NCBI GenBank assembly: GCA_050184075.1
Contig: JBFXAS010000002.1
Coordinates: 15,831-79,830, forward strand
DNA from: Gemmatimonadales bacterium
GTDB taxonomy: Bacteria > Gemmatimonadota > Gemmatimonadetes > Gemmatimonadales > GWC2-71-9
Direction of reading: 5' to 3'
DNA: 64,000 bases
Part shown: in pieces, positions 21,503 to 30,167 of the stretch
Layout: the number at the start of each line of letters is the position of its first letter
How positions within the stretch are numbered: the first letter of the stretch is position 1
Program-made: the position numbers and the translations under genes
The notes under the pieces: model-generated
The model's database searches: none
Told to the model about the DNA's origin: nothing
The model's input: the letters and a program-made list of their open reading frames with translations, nothing else

Positions 21503-24001
21503 GTGAGCTCGCCTGCTTCGCCCCTTCCCATCTTCGAGGCCCTGCCGCGGATCCGTGCCGCGTTGGCCTCCGCTCGGGCCGCCGTCGTGGTGGCGGAGCC
21601 CGGGGCGGGCAAGTCCACTGTCGTGCCCCTCGAGCTGCTCGACGAGCCGTGGCTGGACGGAAAGCGGATCATTATGCTCGAGCCGCGCCGGGTTGCGGCC
21701 CGCTTCGCCGCCCGTCGGATGGCGCACACCCTGGGCGAGGCCGTGGGCGACACCGTCGGCTATCGGGTCCGGTTCGACACCCGCGTCTCCGCCTCGACCC
21801 GGATCGAAGTGGTCACCGAGGGCGTGCTGACCCGGTTGCTGCGCGAGGATCCGGCCCTCGAGGAGTACGGTCTGGTCATCTTCGACGAGTTCCACGAGCG
21901 GAGCCTCCCCGCCGATCTCGGGCTCGCGCTCACCCTCGAGAGCCGCGCGGTGCTCCGTCCGGACCTCGGCGTGCTGGTGATGTCGGCCACGATCGACAGT
22001 GCCGCCACCGCGGCGCTCCTGGGTGACGTGCCGGTGGTCGAGTCGCCGGGACGGGTGCATTCCGTCACCACGCACCACCGTCCGCGTCGCCCCGACCAGT
22101 CACTCGAGCGTCACCTGCTCGGCGTGATCGACGAAGCCCTCGACGCGACCAACGGCGACCTGCTCGTCTTCCTGCCCGGCGCGAGCGAGATCCGCCGGGT
22201 GGGCGAGGCGCTGGCGGCTCGGCGCCCGGACGTCGCGGCGCTGCCGCTCCACGGATCGTTGCCGGTCGAGGAGCAGGACCGCGCGCTCACGCCGGGGCCG
22301 AAGCGTCGCGTGGTGCTGTCGACCTCGATCGCGGAGACCAGCCTCACGCTCGAGGGCATCCGCGCCGTGATCGACGCAGGTCTGATGCGGGTCCCGCGCT
22401 TCTCTCCGCGGACCGGGATGACCCGGCTCGAGACCGTGACGGTCACCCGCGCGTCGGCGGATCAGCGTCGCGGCCGGGCGGGGCGCCTGGGTCCCGGTCT
22501 CTGCTACCGCTGCTGGCACCAAAGCGAAGACCACGCACTCCGGGAGTTCAACACGCCGGAGATCCTGGCCGCGGATCTGGCCTCGTTGGCGCTCGATCTC
22601 GCGCTGGCCTGCGTGCGGGAGCCGGAATCGCTGCGCTGGCTCGACCCGCCGCCGTCGGGCGCCTGGCGCCAGGCCACCGCCCTGCTGCGCGATCTCGAGG
22701 CCCTGGACGAGCGCGGCATTCCGACCCCGCACGGCAAGCGCCTCGGTGACCTCGCGCTGCATCCCCGACTCGCCCACCTCGCGGTGGGCGCGCTCGATCG
22801 GGGCTCAGGCGGGCTGGCCGCCGCGCTGGTCACGCTGCTCGGCGACCGCGACATCGCGCGACGGGGACCGGGCCTGCCTCCGGAGTGCGACCTGCGACTG
22901 AGAGTAGACGCCGTCCGCTCCGGTGCCGGCTCGACCCTCGAGCTGGATCGTGGCGCCGTGGCCCGCGCCCGCCGAACCGCCCGGGAGTGGCGCGACCGGC
23001 TGCGGGTGCCGCACACCGCGCCCGTGGACTCCGAGGAGACCGGCGCCCTCCTGGCGCTGGCCTACCCCGACCGCATCGCGGCGCGGCGGGAGGGGCGGGT
23101 CGGGAGCTTCCTGCTCCGGAACGGTCGGGGGGCCTCGGTCGACCAGGCCGATCCGCTCTCGCGAGCCGACTACCTGGTCGTCGCCGAGCTCGATGATCGT
23201 GGCAGCGAGCCCAGGGTGCTCCTCGCCGCGCCGATCGAGCTCGATACGATCACCACGCTCCTCGGCGATCGCGTCGAGGAGACTGAGCTCGTCTCCTGGG
23301 ACGCTGCCCGCTCCGCGGTCACCGCGACCGCCCGGGTGACGCTCGGCGCGCTGACTCTCGGTGAGCGCCGAATCGAGACCCCAGATCCCGAGCGGGTTCG
23401 GGCAGTGCTGCTCGAAGAGATCCGGCGGGTCGGCGTCGACGGGCTGCCGTGGAGCGATCGGGCGTGGAGCCTTCGGCGGCGCGTCGGCTTCGCCGCGACG
23501 CTCGAGCCCGAGCACTTCCCCGCCGTCGACGCGGCCGTCCTCGACGCCACGCTCGAAGACTGGCTCGGCCCGCACCTCGGGGGGGTGCGGAGCTGGCGAG
23601 AGCTGGAGGAGCTCGACCTCGGCGGCATCCTGTCCTTCCGGATCGACCCCCGGCGGCGCAGGCTGCTCGACGACCTCGCGCCGGCGGAGTGGGTCTCCCC
23701 GGTCGGGCGCGCTCACCGGATCGACTATTCGGATCCCACCGCGCCCGCCGTAGCCGTGAAGCTCCAGGAGCTGTTCGGCGTGGAGCGAACCCCCTCGGTG
23801 GGGGACGGACGAGTGCCGCTCACGCTGCGGCTGCTCTCTCCCGCGAACCGACCGGTGCAGGTGACGCGCGACCTCGCCGGCTTCTGGCGATCCAGCTACT
23901 TCGACGTGCGCCGGGACCTCCGCGGGCGATATCCCAAGCATCACTGGCCCGAGGATCCGCTGGCGGCCGAGCCGACACGGGGGCCAAGGCGGAGCGGATG
24001 A
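21503..24001 (+). CDS. hrpB: ATP-dependent DEAH-box RNA helicase HrpB
   Basis: From GTG 21503: Walker A AEPGAGKSTVVP, a DEFHERS box, SAT, and the HrpB-type C-terminal domain (RYPKHHWPEDP). The track ORF's upstream 228 codons overlap the preceding gene and are Arg-rich. Confidence 0.85.
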   Translation: MSSPASPLPIFEALPRIRAALASARAAVVVAEPGAGKSTVVPLELLDEPWLDGKRIIMLEPRRVAARFAARRMAHTLGEAVGDTVGYRVRFDTRVSASTRIEVVTEGVLTRLLREDPALEEYGLVIFDEFHERSLPADLGLALTLESRAVLRPDLGVLVMSATIDSAATAALLGDVPVVESPGRVHSVTTHHRPRRPDQSLERHLLGVIDEALDATNGDLLVFLPGASEIRRVGEALAARRPDVAALPLHGSLPVEEQDRALTPGPKRRVVLSTSIAETSLTLEGIRAVIDAGLMRVPRFSPRTGMTRLETVTVTRASADQRRGRAGRLGPGLCYRCWHQSEDHALREFNTPEILAADLASLALDLALACVREPESLRWLDPPPSGAWRQATALLRDLEALDERGIPTPHGKRLGDLALHPRLAHLAVGALDRGSGGLAAALVTLLGDRDIARRGPGLPPECDLRLRVDAVRSGAGSTLELDRGAVARARRTAREWRDRLRVPHTAPVDSEETGALLALAYPDRIAARREGRVGSFLLRNGRGASVDQADPLSRADYLVVAELDDRGSEPRVLLAAPIELDTITTLLGDRVEETELVSWDAARSAVTATARVTLGALTLGERRIETPDPERVRAVLLEEIRRVGVDGLPWSDRAWSLRRRVGFAATLEPEHFPAVDAAVLDATLEDWLGPHLGGVRSWRELEELDLGGILSFRIDPRRRRLLDDLAPAEWVSPVGRAHRIDYSDPTAPAVAVKLQELFGVERTPSVGDGRVPLTLRLLSPANRPVQVTRDLAGFWRSSYFDVRRDLRGRYPKHHWPEDPLAAEPTRGPRRSG

Positions 24002-25110
24002 GCGATCGGACGGCGGATCAGGTCTTCCTGGTCGTCGCACCGGGCCTCGAGTCGCTGCTCGCGGAGGAGTGCCGCGAGCTGGACCTGCCCGTGCTCGAGA
24101 CAGAGACCGGCGGGGTCTCGCTCGGTCCGGGCGCCGATCTCTTCCGCGCCAATCTCGGATTGCGACTCGCCACCCGCGTGCTCCTGCGAGTTGCCTCGTT
24201 CGAGGCCCGTCACTTCTCCGAGCTGTCCAAGCGGGCTCGCGACGTGCCCTGGGAGCGGTTCTTGAGGCCGGGCGACGGCCTCGAGCTGCGGGTCACCTCG
24301 AAGAAGTCCAAGCTCTATCATCAGGATGCCATCGCCGAGCGGCTGCTCGAAGCGGCCACTCGACGAGTCACCGTCGCGGCGGCCGACGCCGTTCCCGACG
24401 AGCGACGGCAGGCCTTCGTGGTCCGGCTCCATCGCGATCGGGTCTCCGTCAGCGTCGACAGCTCCGGCGAGCTGCTCCACCGCCGTGGCTATCGCCTCGA
24501 GGGGGGCAAGGCGCCGCTCCGGGAGACACTCGCCGCGGCGCTCCTCCGCGCGAGCGGCTGGGACCCGCGCGCCCCCCTGGTCGATCCCTTCATGGGCTCG
24601 GGCACGGTCCCGATCGAGGCGGCGATGCTCGCCCGCCGGATCGCCCCCGGCCTCGGCCGCCGCTTCGCGTTCGAGCGGTGGCCCGACTTCGATCGTCGGG
24701 TCTGGGACGCGATCGTCGATCGCGCGCGCTCGGTGGTCGTCCCGGCCGCGGGCCCGATCGTCGGCTCCGATCGCGACGCGGGCGCGGTGGCGATCGCGCG
24801 GGCCAATGCCGAGCGCGCGGGGGTCGCCGCGGATCTCTCGCTCGAGCAACGGGCACTTTCGGAGGTCGAGCCTCAGGCCGGCCCGGCGTGGCTCGTCACC
24901 AACCCGCCGTACGGAGCCAGGATCGGGGAGGTCGCCGCCCTGAGGAACCTCTACGCCCGACTCGGCCAGATCAGACGGGAGCGGTTTGCGGCCGGGTCGG
25001 CCACCCTGCTCACCGCCGACCGCGCGCTGGAGCGGGCGCTTGGCTGCCCGACCCAGGCCCGCTTCGAGACCCGAAACGGCGGGCTGCTGGTCCGCTGCGT
25101 CTCGTTCTGA
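23998..25110 (+). CDS. THUMP-domain class I SAM-dependent RNA methyltransferase (RlmL N-terminal-half-like, UPF0020)
   Basis: ATG 23998 overlaps the hrpB stop as ATGA. THUMP-like N-terminus, then DPFMGSGTVPIEAA (SAM motif I) and NPPYG (motif IV). Confidence 0.8.
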   Translation: MSDRTADQVFLVVAPGLESLLAEECRELDLPVLETETGGVSLGPGADLFRANLGLRLATRVLLRVASFEARHFSELSKRARDVPWERFLRPGDGLELRVTSKKSKLYHQDAIAERLLEAATRRVTVAAADAVPDERRQAFVVRLHRDRVSVSVDSSGELLHRRGYRLEGGKAPLRETLAAALLRASGWDPRAPLVDPFMGSGTVPIEAAMLARRIAPGLGRRFAFERWPDFDRRVWDAIVDRARSVVVPAAGPIVGSDRDAGAVAIARANAERAGVAADLSLEQRALSEVEPQAGPAWLVTNPPYGARIGEVAALRNLYARLGQIRRERFAAGSATLLTADRALERALGCPTQARFETRNGGLLVRCVSF

Positions 25111-25255
25111 CCTGCAACGCGGTCCTCAAGAAGGGCTCGCGGTGGCGGTCCTCGCCGGCGATAGCTCCCGACGCCATTCCGCCAGCCCGTCAGGGGCGAT
25201 CGAGGTGGACACGTCGGACGGCCGCCGGACGGGCAGGGTCCCGTTTGACAATCCC

Positions 25256-25285
25256 AGTCTATGGATAGATAGTCTAGGGATAGAT
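25256..25285. repeat. 15-bp tandem direct repeat in the promoter of PadR gene 3 (candidate operator)
   Basis: AGTCTATGGATAGAT (25256-25270) is immediately repeated as AGTCTAGGGATAGAT (25271-25285), with one mismatch. A consensus TTGACA sits at 25245-25250 just upstream. The ATG is at 25315. Confidence 0.45.
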
Positions 25286-25314
25286 CGCCGACGCGACGAA
25301 CCCCAGGACTGCCC

Positions 25315-25650
25315 ATGAGCGCCCGAAACGACCTCCTGCCCGGCACCCTCGAGCTCCTCATCCTCCGCACCCTGGCCGAGGGGTCGCTGCACGGCTACGG
25401 CATCGCCCAGCACATCCAGAGAGTCTCGGCCGACGTGCTCAAGGTCGAGGAGGGCTCCCTCTATCCGGCGCTCCAGCGCCTTGCGGTGAAGGGCTGGGTC
25501 GCCTCGGAGTGGCGCACCACGCCGACCAACCGCAGGGCGCGCTACTACACCCTGACGCGCGAGGGCCGCAAGCAGCTACGCGCCGAGCTGGCGGGCTTCG
25601 ACCGGATCATCGGCGGCATCCGGCGGGTGCTGTCGGGCCAGGAGGTCTGA
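25315..25650 (+). CDS. PadR family transcriptional regulator
   Basis: 111 aa: LPGTLELLILRTLAEGSLHGYGIAQHI...GSLYPALQRLAVKGWVASEWR. Confidence 0.9.
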   Translation: MSARNDLLPGTLELLILRTLAEGSLHGYGIAQHIQRVSADVLKVEEGSLYPALQRLAVKGWVASEWRTTPTNRRARYYTLTREGRKQLRAELAGFDRIIGGIRRVLSGQEV

Positions 25651-28337
25651 TGCTCGGTCGCCTGTGGCGTCGCCTGCGCCAATGGCTCGGCCGGCGACAG
25701 TTCGAGGACGAGTTGCGCGAGGAGCTGGCCTTTCACCTCGAGTCCAAGGCGAGTGACCTGGTCGATGCCGGCCTGAGCGGCGCTGCGGCCGCGCGCCAGG
25801 CGAAGCTCCGGCTCGGTCGCACGTCGGCGGTCATGGAGGAGGCCCGCGAGGCGTGGACGGTGCGCTGGCTGGACATGGCCACGCGGGAGGTCGGCCAGGC
25901 GCTGCGCTCGCTCCGCCGCACGCCGGGGTTCACCGTGGTCGCGACCCTCACTCTCGGGCTCGGGATCGGGGGCACCGCGGCGCTCGGCAGCCTGCTCGAC
26001 GCGGCGCTCTTCAAGCCGCTGCTCTATCACGACGCCGACCGACTGGTCACGCTCAACACCGTCCCCCCAGCGGGCGGCGACGAGTCGAGCAATCTGTTTC
26101 CCTGGTCCTATCCGATTTACCGGACCCTCCACGCCACCGCGACCAGCTTCGACGCGATCGCGGGGTACGACGTCACCAACCTCAACGTGGGGCAGGGTAG
26201 CGACGCGGAGCGTCTGGTCGCCGAGGAGGTGAGCTCGGAGTACTTCGCGCTGCTCGGCATCGCCCCGATCCTGGGTCGGTCGTTCTCGGCTGCGGTCGAC
26301 TCCACGCCCGGCGGCGGAGGCGAGCTGATCCTCGGTCATGCGCTCTGGCTCCGGCGCTTCGCCGGGGACTCGGCCATCGTCGGCAAGACGGTCACGGTGC
26401 ACGGCCAGCCGCTCACTGTGGTCGGCGTGATGCCGAGAGGATTCACCGGCCTGACCCTGTCGGCGGAGCTCTGGGTCCCGCTCACCAGCGCGAGCCTGTT
26501 CTCGTACTCGTCCATCCTCGAGGAGAGCGGCAACTTCTGGCTCTCGGTCGTGGCGCGTCTCGCTCCCGAGGTCGAGCACGCGACCGCGCAGGCGGAGCTC
26601 GAGGTGATCACCACTCGCATCGGCGACCAGTTCCGCGAGCCCCCGCACCGCGTCTGGAGCGGCCGCGTCACCTCGCTGACGGAGAGTCGAATCGAGCCGG
26701 GCATCCGCCGAACGATCCTGGTGCTGGCGGTGGCGGTCGGGCTCGTGTTGCTGATCGGCTGCGCCAACCTGGTCAACCTCTTCCTCGCGCGGGCCGCCGG
26801 GCGGCGCCGAGAAATGGCGGTGCGGTTGGCCGTGGGCGCCGGATCGCGGCATCTGATCAGACAGCTGACGGTCGAGAGCCTGGTCCTCGCCGTTCTCGGA
26901 GCGGGTGTCGGGCTGCTGCTCGCCCGGGTGGCGCTGCCGGCGTTGCTCGCGTTGGCCCCTGCCGGTGGCGTGGGACTGGTGGACCTGCGAGCCGCGTCCA
27001 TCGATGGGCGGATCGTCGCGCTCACGGTGGCGCTCGCGGTGCTCGCCGGACTGCTGGTTGCCGTGGGGCCCGCGCTCCGCTCGCGGCGGGTGGGCGTGCA
27101 GGACGTGGTCGGTGGCGGCATCAGCTTCTCCTCGCGGAGCGCTGCGCCGTCGCGAGTCACGTTGCAGCGGGTCCTGGTCGCCTTCGAGACGGCGCTGGCG
27201 CTTCTCCTGCTGACCGGGGCGGGCCTCCTGGTGCAGAGTCTGGTCCGCCTGCAACGAGTCGATCTCGGCTTCACGCCGCGCAGCGTGCTCGGCTTCCAGG
27301 TCTCGCCGTCGGACCAGGACCTCTCGGCCCGCGATCCCGTCCGGGCCAAGGGGCAGATGATCGAGGAGCTCCGCACGATTCCCGGAGTGCGCGAGGTGGG
27401 CGCGGCGACCTGTCTCCCGCTGGCCGGCCGGTGCATGAGCAGCGTGGTGACGCCGGACCCGACGATGGCCAGACCGGACGAGCGGGTGTCGATCGGGGTG
27501 CACTACGTCACGCCCGGGTTCTTCACGGCGCTCGGCGTGCGGCTCGTGGAAGGACGATGGTTCGACGAGGGCGATCGCGGCGGGAGCCGGCGGGTCGTGG
27601 TGATCAACGAGAGCGCCGCGAAGCGTCTCTGGCCCGGTCAGTCGCCGATCGGAAAGCGGCTCGCGGCCTACACCGTCTACTTCGCCGGCGGCGACTCGAC
27701 CGCCGAGATCATCGGCGTGGTCGGCGACGTTCGCTTCCACGCGAGCCCGGCCGAAGCGGGGCCCGACCTCTACGCGCCGGCGCTCCAGGTGAGCTTCGGC
27801 TTCACCTCCTACGTGCTGGCCACGGAGGGCGATCCCTTGCTGCTGGTCGAGTCCGTCCGAAGGGCGGTCAACCGGGTCGATCCGAATCTGCCGATCTATG
27901 ATGTTCGGACCATGGCCGAGCGGGAGGCGGTCGCAACGGTGCGGACCCGATTCGCCACCTTCCTGCTGTTGGTCTTCGCGGGGCTCGGCGTGCTGCTGGC
28001 CGCGGTCGGGGTCTACGGGGTGATGGCGTACGCGGTCGCCGGCCGGACCAGGGAGCTCGGGATTCGGCTCGCGCTCGGAGCGGAGCCCGGGAGGCTCCGG
28101 AGAATGGTGCTGGGTGAAGCCGCGCTCACGGCGGGGATCGGCTCGGCGGTCGGGTTGGCCGCGGCGTTCGGCGCGACCCGCCTGCTGTCGTCGCTGCTCT
28201 ACCAAGTCGACGCCCGTGATCCCCTGGTCCTCACCGGCGCGACCGCGGTCGTGCTGCTCGTAGCCGTCGCCTCGGCCCACCTGCCGGCGGCCCGAGCGGC
28301 GGCCACCGACCCCGTGCTCACCATTCGTGAGGAGTGA
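25650..28337 (+). CDS. MacB/FtsX-type ABC transporter permease, duplicated orphan (ADOP-like) type
   Basis: ATG 25650 overlaps the PadR stop (TGATG) and gives MLGRLWRRLRQWLGRRQFEDELREELAFHLES.... Two MacB-like periplasmic domains and two FtsX modules. Confidence 0.9.
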   Translation: MLGRLWRRLRQWLGRRQFEDELREELAFHLESKASDLVDAGLSGAAAARQAKLRLGRTSAVMEEAREAWTVRWLDMATREVGQALRSLRRTPGFTVVATLTLGLGIGGTAALGSLLDAALFKPLLYHDADRLVTLNTVPPAGGDESSNLFPWSYPIYRTLHATATSFDAIAGYDVTNLNVGQGSDAERLVAEEVSSEYFALLGIAPILGRSFSAAVDSTPGGGGELILGHALWLRRFAGDSAIVGKTVTVHGQPLTVVGVMPRGFTGLTLSAELWVPLTSASLFSYSSILEESGNFWLSVVARLAPEVEHATAQAELEVITTRIGDQFREPPHRVWSGRVTSLTESRIEPGIRRTILVLAVAVGLVLLIGCANLVNLFLARAAGRRREMAVRLAVGAGSRHLIRQLTVESLVLAVLGAGVGLLLARVALPALLALAPAGGVGLVDLRAASIDGRIVALTVALAVLAGLLVAVGPALRSRRVGVQDVVGGGISFSSRSAAPSRVTLQRVLVAFETALALLLLTGAGLLVQSLVRLQRVDLGFTPRSVLGFQVSPSDQDLSARDPVRAKGQMIEELRTIPGVREVGAATCLPLAGRCMSSVVTPDPTMARPDERVSIGVHYVTPGFFTALGVRLVEGRWFDEGDRGGSRRVVVINESAAKRLWPGQSPIGKRLAAYTVYFAGGDSTAEIIGVVGDVRFHASPAEAGPDLYAPALQVSFGFTSYVLATEGDPLLLVESVRRAVNRVDPNLPIYDVRTMAEREAVATVRTRFATFLLLVFAGLGVLLAAVGVYGVMAYAVAGRTRELGIRLALGAEPGRLRRMVLGEAALTAGIGSAVGLAAAFGATRLLSSLLYQVDARDPLVLTGATAVVLLVAVASAHLPAARAAATDPVLTIREE

Positions 28338-28360
28338 GCCTCAGGCTGCGGCCGCGCGCC

Positions 28361-29332
28361 TCAGACGCTCGGAGGCACGTCGAGTAGGGCGCGGTTCCGG
28401 CCGGCGAGCAGCTCGAGCCACTCCGCCTCGCGGCGCGCGGCGTCCGTGAAGCCGGGGATGCTGCCCACGATCTCGCGGAAATGGGTGCCCCAGTCCGGCC
28501 GGGTGCCGTCCAGATCGTCCACTCCGTAATTCCTCGCCAACTCCCACGACGAGAGCAGCTGCCCGCTCCGGGAAAAGCGTTCGGGGTCGGCCGCCAGCGC
28601 GGCGACCCCCCGACCGAGCAGCATCGGGGTCTCCGAGTGGAGGAAGTTGGGGTCCTTCTTGCCGGCCTCGCGCCAGTCGTCCGCCGTGACGCCGAAGTGC
28701 TCGAGCATCATCTCCGAGCGCAGGAATCCCGGCGTGACCGCCACCACCGTCGTGCGCTTGCTCCGAAGGGTCTCCGCGAGCGAAAGGGCGAGGGTCTTGA
28801 GCCCGGTTTTCGCGAGGAAGGTGAGCACGTTGCCCCCGCAGCCGAGCGTGTCGCCCTCGGTGACCTCGACGATCAGCCCGCCGCGGTGCCCGGTGATCAG
28901 CGGCAGCGCGTGCTTTGCGGTGATCACGTGGCTCAGCAGCGCCTGATGGAGGATCCGGTCGGCGTTGGAGAGATCCACGCCCCAGTAGTCCCAGGCGCCC
29001 AGCATGGGATCCATCCCCGCGACCGAGTCGGCCAGGATGTCCAGGCGGCCCTGCTCGCGCTCGACCAGCGCAAACAGCGCCTCGACCTCGTCCGGCACGC
29101 CGTGGTCGACCCGGACGGGAATCCCCCTGCCGCCTGCCGCGGTCACCAGGGCCGCCGTCTCCTCGATCGTCTCGGGTCGGTTGTACGACGAGCGGGCCCC
29201 GGCCGTGCTGCGGCCGGTGCAGTAGACGATGGCGCCCCGCTCGCCGAGCGCGCGAGCGATGCCCCGGCCGCACCCCCGGGTCGCCCCGGCCACTACGGCG
29301 ATCCATCGCGTCTTCGTGGACATGGAACCCAT
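28361..29332 (-). CDS. SDR family oxidoreductase
   Basis: Rossmann motif IAVVAGATRGCGRGIARALGERGAIVYCTGR. 323 aa, divergent from a TetR gene. Confidence 0.85.
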   Translation of the reverse strand: MGSMSTKTRWIAVVAGATRGCGRGIARALGERGAIVYCTGRSTAGARSSYNRPETIEETAALVTAAGGRGIPVRVDHGVPDEVEALFALVEREQGRLDILADSVAGMDPMLGAWDYWGVDLSNADRILHQALLSHVITAKHALPLITGHRGGLIVEVTEGDTLGCGGNVLTFLAKTGLKTLALSLAETLRSKRTTVVAVTPGFLRSEMMLEHFGVTADDWREAGKKDPNFLHSETPMLLGRGVAALAADPERFSRSGQLLSSWELARNYGVDDLDGTRPDWGTHFREIVGSIPGFTDAARREAEWLELLAGRNRALLDVPPSV

Positions 29333-29337
29333 CCTTG

Positions 29338-29363
29338 TTTATAAACGATCGTTCGTTTATAAA
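29338..29363. promoter_or_regulatory. candidate TetR operator in the SDR/TetR divergent intergenic region
   Basis: Perfect 11-bp inverted repeat TTTATAAACGA-tcgt-TCGTTTATAAA. It is a striking AT-rich element in the 58-bp gap between the two start codons. Confidence 0.55.
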
Positions 29364-29390
29364 TACGACCGACCAGGAGCGTCCGCAAGC

Positions 29391-30059
29391 ATGAGCCCAC
29401 GGCCTCGAACCGTTTCCGACGAAGCCATCCTCGACGCGACCCGTCGTCTGATGGGCAAGCTCGGGCCGACCCGGTTCACCCTCGCCGCCGTCGCCATGGC
29501 GGTGGGTCTCGCGCCCGCGACCCTGGTCCAGCGATTCGGCTCCAAGCGGAAGCTGCTTCTCGCGCTGGCGGGGGCCGGCGGCGAGGACCCCACGGCGGCC
29601 CTCCTCGATCACCTGCGCGCCACGATCGACTCGCCGCTCGAGCGCTTGCGCGAGTTCCTGGCGTGCTTCGCCGGGATGGCGCCGACGCCGGTCGAGCTCG
29701 CCAATCACCTCGCCTTCTTCCAAGTCGATCTGACGGACCCGAGCTTCCACCGGATCACCCTGGCGCTCTCCCGCCGCAACGAGGCGGCGGCCGCCGACCT
29801 GGTGCGCGCCGCGGTGGCGGCGGGAGAGCTCGAGGCGGACGACGAGCTCGGTCTCGCTCGGGCGCTGCTCGCGACGGCGGCAGGCTCACTGCTCAATTGG
29901 GGAATCTTCCGCGCGGGGAACGCGCGGGACTGGCTCTTGCGGGATTGCGACGTGGTCCTCGCGCCGGTGCGGCGGCGCGGCGCTACGCGGCGCGACCGGC
30001 CGCCGTCCGCTCGACTCGGGCGCACCGGGCCGCGAGGGGCGGCCGCCCGGGAACAGTGA
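29391..30059 (+). CDS. TetR/AcrR family transcriptional regulator
   Basis: From ATG 29391: MSPRPRTVSDEAILDATRRLMGKLGPTRFTLAAVAMAVGLAPATLVQRFGSKRKLL, a TetR-type HTH. Confidence 0.85.
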   Translation: MSPRPRTVSDEAILDATRRLMGKLGPTRFTLAAVAMAVGLAPATLVQRFGSKRKLLLALAGAGGEDPTAALLDHLRATIDSPLERLREFLACFAGMAPTPVELANHLAFFQVDLTDPSFHRITLALSRRNEAAAADLVRAAVAAGELEADDELGLARALLATAAGSLLNWGIFRAGNARDWLLRDCDVVLAPVRRRGATRRDRPPSARLGRTGPRGAAAREQ

Positions 30060-30167
30060 CCAGCCGGAGAGTGTGGCCGCCCACGCCCGCGGAACCGCTC
30101 GCCCCATCGCCGATGAAGCAGCCGACCCGGAGCGATCCATCCTGCGGCAGGCCCGATCGCCGAGGGC

